Below the pieces are notes generated by a model. It was not told the DNA's origin. It saw nothing but the letters and a program-made list of their open reading frames with translations, and did no database searches. A stretch of 39,544 nt of DNA from Candidatus Nomurabacteria bacterium (GTDB taxonomy: Bacteria > Patescibacteriota > Minisyncoccia > Phycocordibacterales > UBA9973): NCBI GenBank assembly GCA_028286485.1, contig JAQBRM010000030.1:1-39544 (forward strand). The letters are read 5' to 3'. The position numbers and the translations under genes are program-made. Of the stretch, positions 19,060 through 27,432 are shown piece by piece. The stretch's first letter is position 1. Every line of letters begins with the position of its first letter.

Positions 19060-20058
19060 TTATTTGCTTGCGTCCAGCTGCGCCACACTCTTCCACGCAA
19101 TACCCGAAATATCACTGATCACTTTCTGCAATGAAGGAAAGTCGGTTCCTTTGGTCATGACACAAAGCAAATAGGGATCATTCGGTGCATAGATAATGCC
19201 GCAGTCGTGCAGTTCACGAACTGTTGGTGCACTACTGCCTGATGCAGGCACAATGGTACGTTCCCCGAACTTATGGGCTACCACTGTCCCACTGGGCACT
19301 CCCGCCACTAGCCCTTGCGTGAATGTGGTCTTACTCATTAATTCCAATGCTTGATTGGAAATATCATCAGAAAGATAGGCTCCATTATACAGAGAACGAA
19401 AAACGCGAGAAAACATTTTCGGCGAATACAGATCAATTGAATTTTTTTGATCAGGTGTAGGCATCTGCAAATCGGTATATGTCTTGTTGATAAGAGTTTT
19501 TCCTACAAATGCATCAACCGCGAGTGCAGAATTATTGTCGGAATCAATGATCATATCGGATAACAGTTCTTGAGCGGGATATGATTGACCCACTTGAGCG
19601 GGATGAGCCGGTGGATAGAAATCCTGACTAGTATCACTATTGGTAGTAACCGTAATACTTTTTGATAGTAATGTAGGATCTTTCTGTGCTTCCCGCAGAA
19701 AAGCTACCATAGAAACAACTTTCAGCATACTGGCAGGTGCATACAGTTCATCAGCATTAATACCAACCCAGCGATCGGCATTAAGTTGGCGAAAATAGAC
19801 TGATATGTTGGTAGCGTTATTTTGAGTAGTAGCACTAGCAATATAGTCGGATATATCCTTCTTTAGTGATTGGAATTGAGGGGTGGTCGTATCTTCCGGA
19901 ACCTGTAATAGTAGTACCGGATCAATGAACTTATAGTCTGCGGGATTCTCACGGACGAAGGCAGTGGTGCCGCCTTGCATCGGTTTATGCACATACCATC
20001 CTACTATTCCCCCTAGGGCAAATAATACAAGACTTGTAATAACAATTTTCTTAGTCAT
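19060..20058 (-). CDS. Class A beta-lactamase-related serine hydrolase, membrane-anchored
   Basis: PASMLK (SxxK), SDN, HKFG (KTG variant), HDCGIIY...PYLLCVMT; N-terminal TM. Confidence 0.88.
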   Translation of the reverse strand: MTKKIVITSLVLFALGGIVGWYVHKPMQGGTTAFVRENPADYKFIDPVLLLQVPEDTTTPQFQSLKKDISDYIASATTQNNATNISVYFRQLNADRWVGINADELYAPASMLKVVSMVAFLREAQKDPTLLSKSITVTTNSDTSQDFYPPAHPAQVGQSYPAQELLSDMIIDSDNNSALAVDAFVGKTLINKTYTDLQMPTPDQKNSIDLYSPKMFSRVFRSLYNGAYLSDDISNQALELMSKTTFTQGLVAGVPSGTVVAHKFGERTIVPASGSSAPTVRELHDCGIIYAPNDPYLLCVMTKGTDFPSLQKVISDISGIAWKSVAQLDASK

Positions 20059-20083
20059 ATAATATGACAATAGTATACCAGAC

Positions 20084-20119
20084 AAACAAAAAACCCGCCG
20101 AAGCGGGTTTTTTGTTTTT
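20084..20119 (-). terminator. Intrinsic terminator after the surface-protein gene (symmetric)
   Basis: AAACAAAAAACCCGC-CGAA-GCGGGTTTTTTGTTT; UUCG loop on the minus strand. Confidence 0.88.
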
Positions 20120-20147
20120 ACAGTCTAATTACTGTATCAATTCAATA

Positions 20148-22238
20148 TTATTGAGCTGATACGTAGTTAGTCTTGAATGAGTTTGAGTTCAATCCAGCTG
20201 TAAATGTACTGTAGGTAGACGCTGAATCAGTTAGATTCCAGTTCACGTTAACCAATGAAGCACGGTATGAAGCGGCGCCATTAGCTGTGTAAGTGATCTG
20301 AAGCGTAAAGTTCTTTGTCTGACCAGCAGGGATCAAGTAGTTACCATTACCATCAGCAGTAAGGTTATCAGAACCAGCGTAAGTGATTACGCCTGTTCCA
20401 ACTGCCTGACATGCACCGTTTGCATTATCAATACAGAATTGAATTGCATTAGTTGCAGATGCTGTTGCAGATGCTACAGCAGTAGATGGAATGTAAGCGT
20501 TCTGACCAAATGCTGTTACAGAGAAAGGAATTGTGAAGCCAAGCACACTGTGTGACTGTGCTCCACCTACTGAACTAGCAGTAGCTGTTCCCATAGCTGT
20601 AGAAGCTACTTGGATACCATTAACGTATACAGTAACAGTTGAACCAGTTGTAGAACCGATCAAAATGTTTTGGTTAGTGTTGTTCAAAACATTGTTGTTG
20701 CCATCGTATGCTTGCATAGCTGCAGTGTCGTTTGATGTAACATCAATACGAGCACTATCGCCACCAAGAACAGTTGAGCCATCAACAGCGTTGATATCAC
20801 CTTTAACTGTAAGAACTGCTGTAGTTCCTTTCGCGATCTTGAGGTTCAAGTTCTGGAAAGTAACCTGTGCACTAGTAGAAGCACCAACTGTTTCAGTATC
20901 AACCTGAGCTCCGTTTACGTATAGACGAAGAGTGTTAACAAGTACAGATGAGTTGATGATAGTACCAGATGGGTTCTTTACAATGATGTGAACAGGAAGG
21001 CGGTTAACAGATACATCTGAACCCTGAGCAGCCAAATCAATAGTTGCAAGAGTTACGTTTGTAGTGTTTGAACCAGTCTGACCTGCTACAACGTGGTCAT
21101 TGTAGTCATTAGTGTCCTTAGTAACTGTCAAAGTAATATTTTGAGCAGCACTTGCGTTAGCAAAGACAGCGTATGAGTTGATTCCTGCCATACTTGTTCC
21201 TGAAAGAGAACCAGTTCCAATGAAACCGTTTCCAGAAGGAATAGTGTAAGAGAATGAACCAGTACTATCTGTGTAACGAAGAGTATTCAAGTCAAATGCA
21301 AATGCATTACCTGCAAATGTACCTGAGTTGTATCCAAGGTTAGCACTATCGATAACAGGAAGAGCAGTAACAGAAAGCTGCAAGTCGTTTGTAGTAGATG
21401 GGTTAAGAACCGCACCTGATACAGGAACGAATGCTGAGTACTGACTGTTGTATGAAGTGAATGAAGAAGCTGGAAGAGATCCAACCTTAACACCATTCAA
21501 CCATACTGATACTGCTGAAGCGTACTTAGTGAACATGTAGTCACCAAGACCCTTGTTAGCAAAAGTAACGTTTACACCTGTAAGATTAGCTGAGCCACCT
21601 GCACCTGAAACGATGCGAAGATCACCGATAACCTTATCCTGAGAACCTACACCAACTTGGGTGTTAGCGTAACCAGAAATAGGAGTAACGCTGTTGATAC
21701 TGAAAGGACCACTAGTTACAACACCACCTGTTGAAGGTGTGCCTGTAGCACATGATACGCCAGTAGTTGAACTGTAACCAACTGATGATACGCATCCTGC
21801 TGGGTAAACAGTAGTAGATGGAGTTCCAGAACATGGAGCACCACTTACAGTACTGAAGCCAGATGTTGAAGCACATCCTGCTGGAAGACCAACGTTAACA
21901 GTTGTTGAGCCAGATACTGCTGCAAGCTTTGCACCAGTCATAGGACCAACTACGCCGTCAGCGGTAAGGCCGTTAGCAGCTTGGAAACACTTTACAGCCG
22001 CGCGAGTTGCAGGACCGAAGAAGTTTGTTTCGTTGCCAGGAGAACCAGCACCAGATACAGAAACTTTACATGCTGTCATGTTAAGAGTCTGTTGAAGTAC
22101 GATTACCTGCGTACTGTGTACACCGATTTTCAGTGTACCAGTTTGCTGGTAAGAGGAAGCGTTAGCTGAAGCACTTACTACAAGAGTAAGCGCAAGAGCA
22201 GCTACTGCACCTACGATAAATTTTGTAAATTTGTTCAT
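20148..22238 (-). CDS. Large secreted S-layer-like surface protein with N-terminal peptidoglycan-binding domain
   Basis: Signal peptide (ASA-NA), PG_binding_1-like (LQQTLN...FGPATRAAVKCFQAANGLTADGVVGPMT), Cys repeats, Ser/Thr/Asn/Gly-rich beta domains, strong codon bias. Confidence 0.8.
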   Translation of the reverse strand: MNKFTKFIVGAVAALALTLVVSASANASSYQQTGTLKIGVHSTQVIVLQQTLNMTACKVSVSGAGSPGNETNFFGPATRAAVKCFQAANGLTADGVVGPMTGAKLAAVSGSTTVNVGLPAGCASTSGFSTVSGAPCSGTPSTTVYPAGCVSSVGYSSTTGVSCATGTPSTGGVVTSGPFSINSVTPISGYANTQVGVGSQDKVIGDLRIVSGAGGSANLTGVNVTFANKGLGDYMFTKYASAVSVWLNGVKVGSLPASSFTSYNSQYSAFVPVSGAVLNPSTTNDLQLSVTALPVIDSANLGYNSGTFAGNAFAFDLNTLRYTDSTGSFSYTIPSGNGFIGTGSLSGTSMAGINSYAVFANASAAQNITLTVTKDTNDYNDHVVAGQTGSNTTNVTLATIDLAAQGSDVSVNRLPVHIIVKNPSGTIINSSVLVNTLRLYVNGAQVDTETVGASTSAQVTFQNLNLKIAKGTTAVLTVKGDINAVDGSTVLGGDSARIDVTSNDTAAMQAYDGNNNVLNNTNQNILIGSTTGSTVTVYVNGIQVASTAMGTATASSVGGAQSHSVLGFTIPFSVTAFGQNAYIPSTAVASATASATNAIQFCIDNANGACQAVGTGVITYAGSDNLTADGNGNYLIPAGQTKNFTLQITYTANGAASYRASLVNVNWNLTDSASTYSTFTAGLNSNSFKTNYVSAQ
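21732..21887 (-). repeat. Two tandem 27-aa Cys-pair repeats in the surface protein
   Basis: LPAGCASTSGFSTVSGAPCSGTPST and YPAGCVSSVGYSSTTGVSCATGTPST, 81-bp period. Confidence 0.8.
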
Positions 22239-22642
22239 ATAAGATATTAGTATGTTGTTAATCGTACGAAGTCCATTGCACTATCGACAAATAGTGCGAA
22301 CAACGACGTTTTCTCCGGTGAAAGTGTCTTTATCACACTCGCACAAAAGGATTGTAATTTGCAGATTGCAATGAATTACTGCATTGCGTATCTGCCGTGT
22401 CGACAAGGCCGATATCAAGTCTTCTACGTGAGCAGAAAACAAAAGAACGGTCGCCGAAAATTGTTCTAACGAATTTACATTTGTTATTGAATTTTCAATG
22501 ACCATTCATTTCGTGGTTTCTCGCGTATCCGCGAGACACGTACTCATTGCTGAATATATGTACACGTTTGTCTTCTGCACTCTCCATACTGCCACATTGC
22601 TGAGGTAGTATTTCAAGACAGAAAGACCCTACTATAGTAGCA
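22239..22642 (-). promoter_or_regulatory. Promoter plus ~390-nt multi-hairpin 5' leader (candidate structured RNA)
   Basis: Extended -10 TGcTACTAT at 22642-22634; hairpins at 22278-22297, 22361-22395, 22512-22540, 22541-22556 and 22586-22611. Confidence 0.55.
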
Positions 22643-22751
22643 CACTACCCCTAAAAGGAATAGTGGGGAAACCATATCGATACTGAAAAACCACTTATGA
22701 ATAAGACGAGGGAGGGATGAGGATATTACATCAAAATCTCAAGCTAATATA

Positions 22752-23411
22752 CTATTGAATTGATCTACCTTCGCTAACGCTGAGGTAGATGCTCCACCGC
22801 TTCTCTCCCCTCTTGGTGATTTTGCCACTGCTGACCAATGCACCGAGTTCGCGTTGAATTGTCTTCTCACTAGTGTCCGAAAAGAGTGCGGCAATGTCCT
22901 TAATACCGACAGACTTACGCTCATTGATAAAGGACAAAATGGTGTCTTGCCGTTTAGATTTATTATCATGTGAAATAAGCACTTTGGACGGGTTACTGAT
23001 TTTGAGTGGGCGAGCTGGGTAGGGAGGGCGTGAAGTGTTATAGGACAAATTTTGAGTAGTACTGTCGGGAGCACTATCGGACGCAAACAACGCACTGAGG
23101 GTGGTGGTCTCCTCTTTCGCGCTCGTGACATAGTGCCGCAACTCCAGAGAAATAATGGAGGCATTTTTTTCTGAAATCATGCGAGCCATTACCGCTGTTT
23201 GCAGTAATGTTTCAATCGTCTGCGCGAGGGCGGCAATGACGCTCTCTTGATGGGCGATGCTCAGTGTCACGGCATGGGTCCGTAACGTGTTCTTGAGCGG
23301 ATCACTATCGGACAAATGATGGCTGACCAAGTACACTGCGGCAGCAATCTTATGTCCCTTAGTGTTGTCTTTTTTATCAGATCCTTTATTTAAATAATTA
23401 TATGATTCCAT
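22752..23411 (-). CDS. Putative DNA-binding protein: four-helix-bundle-like N-domain, disordered linker, DeoR-type winged HTH
   Basis: C-terminal RQDTILSFINERKSVGIKDIAALFSDTSEKTIQRELGALVSSGKITKRGEKRWSIY is a wHTH; N-terminal HKIAAAVYLVS...PLKNTLRTHAV is helical. Confidence 0.75.
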   Translation of the reverse strand: MESYNYLNKGSDKKDNTKGHKIAAAVYLVSHHLSDSDPLKNTLRTHAVTLSIAHQESVIAALAQTIETLLQTAVMARMISEKNASIISLELRHYVTSAKEETTTLSALFASDSAPDSTTQNLSYNTSRPPYPARPLKISNPSKVLISHDNKSKRQDTILSFINERKSVGIKDIAALFSDTSEKTIQRELGALVSSGKITKRGEKRWSIYLSVSEGRSIQ

Positions 23412-23425
23412 TGGGGGTGTAGATT

Positions 23426-23505
23426 TGTCTCTTATATATGTCCTTTTTGTCCTATATAATTTTCCTGAATAAAACGAGTATAGCGTCCTTTACAATAAAG
23501 GACAA
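23426..23505 (-). promoter_or_regulatory. Promoter of the wHTH gene with overlapping GTCCTTTA-N3-TAAAGGAC inverted repeat and AGGACA direct repeats
   Basis: Minus strand TTGTCC-N17-TATACT (23505-23477); IR at 23485-23503; TGTCCT at 23439 and 23448, TGTCTC at 23426. Confidence 0.65.
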
Positions 23506-23588
23506 GCGTTCCGGCATGTCACAATAATCCTTGCAATATAATAGTTTTTCAATACTCCGAGTGATATACTGTTACAATATCGACCGCT

Positions 23589-25775
23589 ATGGCAAAGAAA
23601 CAATTCCCCAAGAAACAAGCTCCGCAAAAGAATCCGCCGCGCAACAACCACGTAGTCATCGGGCTACTGCTTATTTTGCTGGGATTGATCACATTAGGAG
23701 GAATCATTGGCACGGCAGGGGTAGCGGGGTTTGTGGTCGCTCAAGGCGCTGATGTGCTTTTGGGTACCGGCAAGTTCATTATTCCCATTATTTTCATTAC
23801 CGCCGGGGTATTAGTCATGCGTAAACGCAGCCTCGATGCGACCACGCGGGAAATCATTACCGGCACACTGGGACTACTGGCATTATTGACGCTACTCTCT
23901 TTATATAATGACAGTTGGGGTGGTTTAGTCGGTCATTTGCTGGCTACACCATTACTGGGTACCTTTGATATCCTCTTTACCACGCTTATCTTGATGTTTA
24001 TTACTGCTACCTCATTTATTCTCTTTTTCGATCGTACACCCAACCTTTTCCCCTTCTTCAGTATGTTGGTGGCCCGTATTCGCGCCCTGTTCACCAAGAA
24101 GGAGCCTTCGTATGAAGTTGAGACCACGATGGATGAACCGACAGAAGACTACCTTCCGGCCACTGCTCCAATGATGCCAGAAAAAAGTGTTGAGCAACCA
24201 AAGACGCCGAAAGAACTGACCGTCAATGATGCCTCAGTTGGTGGTGAGCTCATTATCGATCCCAAGAAGCGCGCCTCATTCGGCACCTATACTCCTCCCC
24301 CCTTGAGCCTGCTTGAAGGTGACCGCGGCAAGGCGAACGTCGGTGATGTCAAAGCCAATGCCAACATTATTCGTCGCACCCTCATGAACTTCGGCATTGA
24401 GGTGGAAATGGATGAAGTCACCATCGGACCGACCGTCACGCGCTATGCCTTGAAGCCCGCTCAAGGAGTGAAGCTGTCCCGTATTGTCGGCTTGCAGAGT
24501 GACTTGGCCTTGGCCTTGGCTGCTCATCCGATCCGTATCGAGGCGCCGATCCCCGGCAAGAGTTTGGTGGGTATTGAAATCCCGAACAAGACCAAAGCAA
24601 CGGTTGGTTTGGCCAGCCTGCTGTCTGACCCTTCATTTGCCCAAGACAAGAAGCCTCTCGTGGCTGCCTTGGGCCGAAATATTGCCGGCAAGCCCGTGTT
24701 GAAAAGCATTGCCAAGATGCCACACTTGCTCATCGCCGGTACGACCGGCTCCGGTAAGTCAGTTACTATTCACGCCATCATTACATCGCTCCTCTATCGC
24801 CATGGGCCGGATCAGCTGCGATTTATTTTTGTGGACCCGAAGCGTGTTGAGCTCACGCTCTACAACTCTATTCCCCACCTCCTCACGCCGGTCATCACTG
24901 AACCGAAGAAAGCCATCCTCGCCTTGAAGTGGGCGGCAACGGAAATGAATCGCCGTTACGATATTCTCGAAGGTGAAAGTGTTCGTGATATTGATTCGTA
25001 TCATAAGTTGTACGAAAAGGAACTAGCAAAGCCTGAAACAACCCAGGACCGCATGCCATACATCGTCATCATCATTGATGAGTTGGCCGATATCATGCAA
25101 GCCTACCCTCGTGAACTCGAAGCCGCTATCGTGCGCTTGGCGCAAATGTCCCGCGCCGTCGGCATTCACCTTATTCTCTCCACCCAACGTCCGGAAGTGA
25201 ATATCATTACCGGCCTTATCAAGGCCAACGTGCCGTCCCGTATCGCCCTTCGTGTGCCGACAGGCATCGACTCCCGTACCATTCTGGATACCACTGGCGC
25301 CGAGAAACTATTGGGTCAAGGAGATATGCTGGCCGTAGTGGGGGGTGACAGCCAGGCAGAACGATTGCAGAGTGCATATATCACTGAAGACGAGGTCAAA
25401 AATGTGGTAAAATACCTCAAGAACGCATTCAAAGATGATGTACGAGATACCATTGAACTGAGCGGTACCGTAGGCGGTGGAGGCGACAAAACCATCTTCG
25501 GAGCCGACATTGGTGACGAAGAAGACGATGAACTGTATGAGGAAGCCCGCACTTGCGTGATGGAAGCCGGCAAAGCCTCAACTTCCTATATTCAACGCAA
25601 GCTGAAAGTCGGCTATGCCCGCGCTGCCCGCCTGATCGACCTGCTCGAAGAACGCGGCATTGTCGGACCGGCTGATGGCGCCAAGCCTCGCGAAGTACTG
25701 ATTGGATCCCGCCCCGCCTCAATGGACACTGCGGGGCACGATTCTGCTGAATCGGACGCATCAGCGAACTACTAA
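23589..25775 (+). CDS. ftsK: DNA translocase FtsK/SpoIIIE
   Basis: N-terminal TMs; GPTVTRY, IRIEAPIPGKSLVGIEIPN, MPHLLIAGTTGSGKS, IIDELADIM, gamma domain STSYIQRKLKVGYARAARLID. Confidence 0.97.
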   Translation: MAKKQFPKKQAPQKNPPRNNHVVIGLLLILLGLITLGGIIGTAGVAGFVVAQGADVLLGTGKFIIPIIFITAGVLVMRKRSLDATTREIITGTLGLLALLTLLSLYNDSWGGLVGHLLATPLLGTFDILFTTLILMFITATSFILFFDRTPNLFPFFSMLVARIRALFTKKEPSYEVETTMDEPTEDYLPATAPMMPEKSVEQPKTPKELTVNDASVGGELIIDPKKRASFGTYTPPPLSLLEGDRGKANVGDVKANANIIRRTLMNFGIEVEMDEVTIGPTVTRYALKPAQGVKLSRIVGLQSDLALALAAHPIRIEAPIPGKSLVGIEIPNKTKATVGLASLLSDPSFAQDKKPLVAALGRNIAGKPVLKSIAKMPHLLIAGTTGSGKSVTIHAIITSLLYRHGPDQLRFIFVDPKRVELTLYNSIPHLLTPVITEPKKAILALKWAATEMNRRYDILEGESVRDIDSYHKLYEKELAKPETTQDRMPYIVIIIDELADIMQAYPRELEAAIVRLAQMSRAVGIHLILSTQRPEVNIITGLIKANVPSRIALRVPTGIDSRTILDTTGAEKLLGQGDMLAVVGGDSQAERLQSAYITEDEVKNVVKYLKNAFKDDVRDTIELSGTVGGGGDKTIFGADIGDEEDDELYEEARTCVMEAGKASTSYIQRKLKVGYARAARLIDLLEERGIVGPADGAKPREVLIGSRPASMDTAGHDSAESDASANY
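25710..25759 (+). repeat. 50-bp double-hairpin element, copy 1 (in-frame in the ftsK C-terminal tail)
   Basis: cGCCCCGC-ctcaatggacact-GCGGGGCa followed by CGATTCTGCTGAATCGGACGC; the last 21 bp are identical to the reverse complement of 32060-32080. Confidence 0.85.
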
Positions 25776-25778
25776 AAT

Positions 25779-26186
25779 ATGAGAAAAATACAAAAAATGA
25801 TGGGAAAAATTACGCTTACTACTGTCTTGATCGGCACATTGGCTGCGGCTTTTCTTAGCCTCGTGGCCTATAACGTCAAAGATATCGCCTTCGGTACCCC
25901 ATTCACCGTACAAGCGGCCGCTGTCGATGGTGCAACGGTCAACGGCATGTTCATGCCGATCAGCGGCAGCACCAAGCATGCCCAGCAGATCACGATCAAT
26001 GGCCGCACCGTCGGTGTTGATCCTCAGGGCAACTTCAAGGATGGCGTCGTGCTCTCCCCCGGGTATAATATAGTGGAGGTTACAGAACGAGATCAATTTG
26101 GTAAAACAAAAACCGTAGCCTATCACTGGGTAGTAGCACCCTCCGTCTCAGTCGCTCAGAACGATGTCTCCCCTTATCAACGATAA
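25779..26186 (+). CDS. Membrane-anchored Ig-like domain protein
   Basis: N-terminal TM; [18 protein letters not shown]...[25 protein letters not shown] is a bacterial Ig-fold pattern. Confidence 0.7.
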   Translation: MRKIQKMMGKITLTTVLIGTLAAAFLSLVAYNVKDIAFGTPFTVQAAAVDGATVNGMFMPISGSTKHAQQITINGRTVGVDPQGNFKDGVVLSPGYNIVEVTERDQFGKTKTVAYHWVVAPSVSVAQNDVSPYQR

Positions 26187-26200
26187 TCCTTTTAAACCGT

Positions 26201-27322
26201 ATGGCAAAAAAATCAACACCGAAAGAACATAACGCTTCCATCGAAGATACGATCAAATCAATTCAAACCAAATTTGGCGAAGGCGCCATCATGAAGCTCG
26301 GCGAAACACCGAAGGTAGCAATCGCGGCTGTCCCTACCGGCTCTATCGGCTTGGACATTGCGCTTGGTATCGGTGGCTTGCCTCGTGGCCGTATCATTGA
26401 AATATTCGGACCGGAATCATCCGGTAAGACGACGCTGGCACTGCACGTCGTGGCAGAAGCCCAAAAGCTGGGTGGTGTCTGTGCCTATATTGATGCAGAA
26501 CACGCCATGGATCCCGACTACGCCGCAAATATTGGCGTCAAAATCAATGAACTGCTCATTTCCCAACCAGACACTGGTGAACAAGGACTTGAGATTACCG
26601 AAAGTTTGGTACGTAGTGGCAAAATTGATGTCATTGTTATTGACTCAGTGGCTGCCCTCACTCCGAAAGATGAAATTGAGGGAGACATGGGTGCACAGCA
26701 CATGGGCAAGCAAGCTCGTCTGATGTCACAAGCCCTTCGTAAGCTGACCGCTATTGTTGCTCGATCAAACACGATTGTGATTTTCATCAACCAAATCCGC
26801 ATGCAGATCGGTGTGATGTTTGGTAATCCCGAAACCACTCCGGGCGGCAAGGCTTTGAAGTTCTACACGTCCGTGCGTTTGGATATTCGTCGTATCGCAC
26901 AAATTAAGAAAGGTGAAGAAGTTGTCGGCTCCCGTACCCGTGTGAAGGTGGTGAAGAACAAAGTCGCTGCCCCATTCAAGCAAACAGAGTTCGATATCAT
27001 CTATGGTGAAGGTATTTCCCTCGAAGGTGAACTCTTGGCATTAGGTGAAAGCCTTGGTGTGATCAAGAAGAGTGGTACTTCCTATTCATACATTCCGACC
27101 AACCCACCGAAAGTATCCGCCGCTAAGCCTGCCAAGAAAGGTAAGGGTGATGAATCCCCTGCTGAAGACGGCGAAGTAGGAGCAGATGGTGAAGTGAAGC
27201 TCGGCCGTGGCTACGATGCCTCCCGTATCTTCATGCGTGAAAATACCAAAATCCGCGACCATATCGAGAAAGATATTCGTAAGCGCATGAAAGAAGTAGT
27301 CATGAGCAGCTCCGTAGAGTAA
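26201..27322 (+). CDS. recA: Recombinase RecA
   Basis: [57 protein letters not shown]. Confidence 0.99.
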   Translation: MAKKSTPKEHNASIEDTIKSIQTKFGEGAIMKLGETPKVAIAAVPTGSIGLDIALGIGGLPRGRIIEIFGPESSGKTTLALHVVAEAQKLGGVCAYIDAEHAMDPDYAANIGVKINELLISQPDTGEQGLEITESLVRSGKIDVIVIDSVAALTPKDEIEGDMGAQHMGKQARLMSQALRKLTAIVARSNTIVIFINQIRMQIGVMFGNPETTPGGKALKFYTSVRLDIRRIAQIKKGEEVVGSRTRVKVVKNKVAAPFKQTEFDIIYGEGISLEGELLALGESLGVIKKSGTSYSYIPTNPPKVSAAKPAKKGKGDESPAEDGEVGADGEVKLGRGYDASRIFMRENTKIRDHIEKDIRKRMKEVVMSSSVE

Positions 27323-27342
27323 TCCCCTTCTTTTTATAAGCT

Positions 27343-27386
27343 AAAAAAGCAATACCTCTGTAGAATATTCTGGGTATTGCTTTTTT
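27343..27386 (+). terminator. Intrinsic terminator after recA
   Basis: AAAAAAGCAATACC...GGTATTGCTTTTTT inverted repeat with U-tract. Confidence 0.75.
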
Positions 27387-27432
27387 GTTGTTTTGTGTTA
27401 TTGTTATAAAAAATCACAAAAACACATTAATA

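Noticed and set aside
22281-22505. 74-aa ORF in the surface-protein leader
   Set aside because: No recognisable features, and the region is better explained by RNA hairpins. A uORF cannot be fully excluded.
22239-22640. Possible RNase P RNA, tmRNA or group I intron
   Set aside because: No GAGGAAAGUCC RNase P signature, no tRNA-like tmRNA ends, and no recognisable group I core elements.
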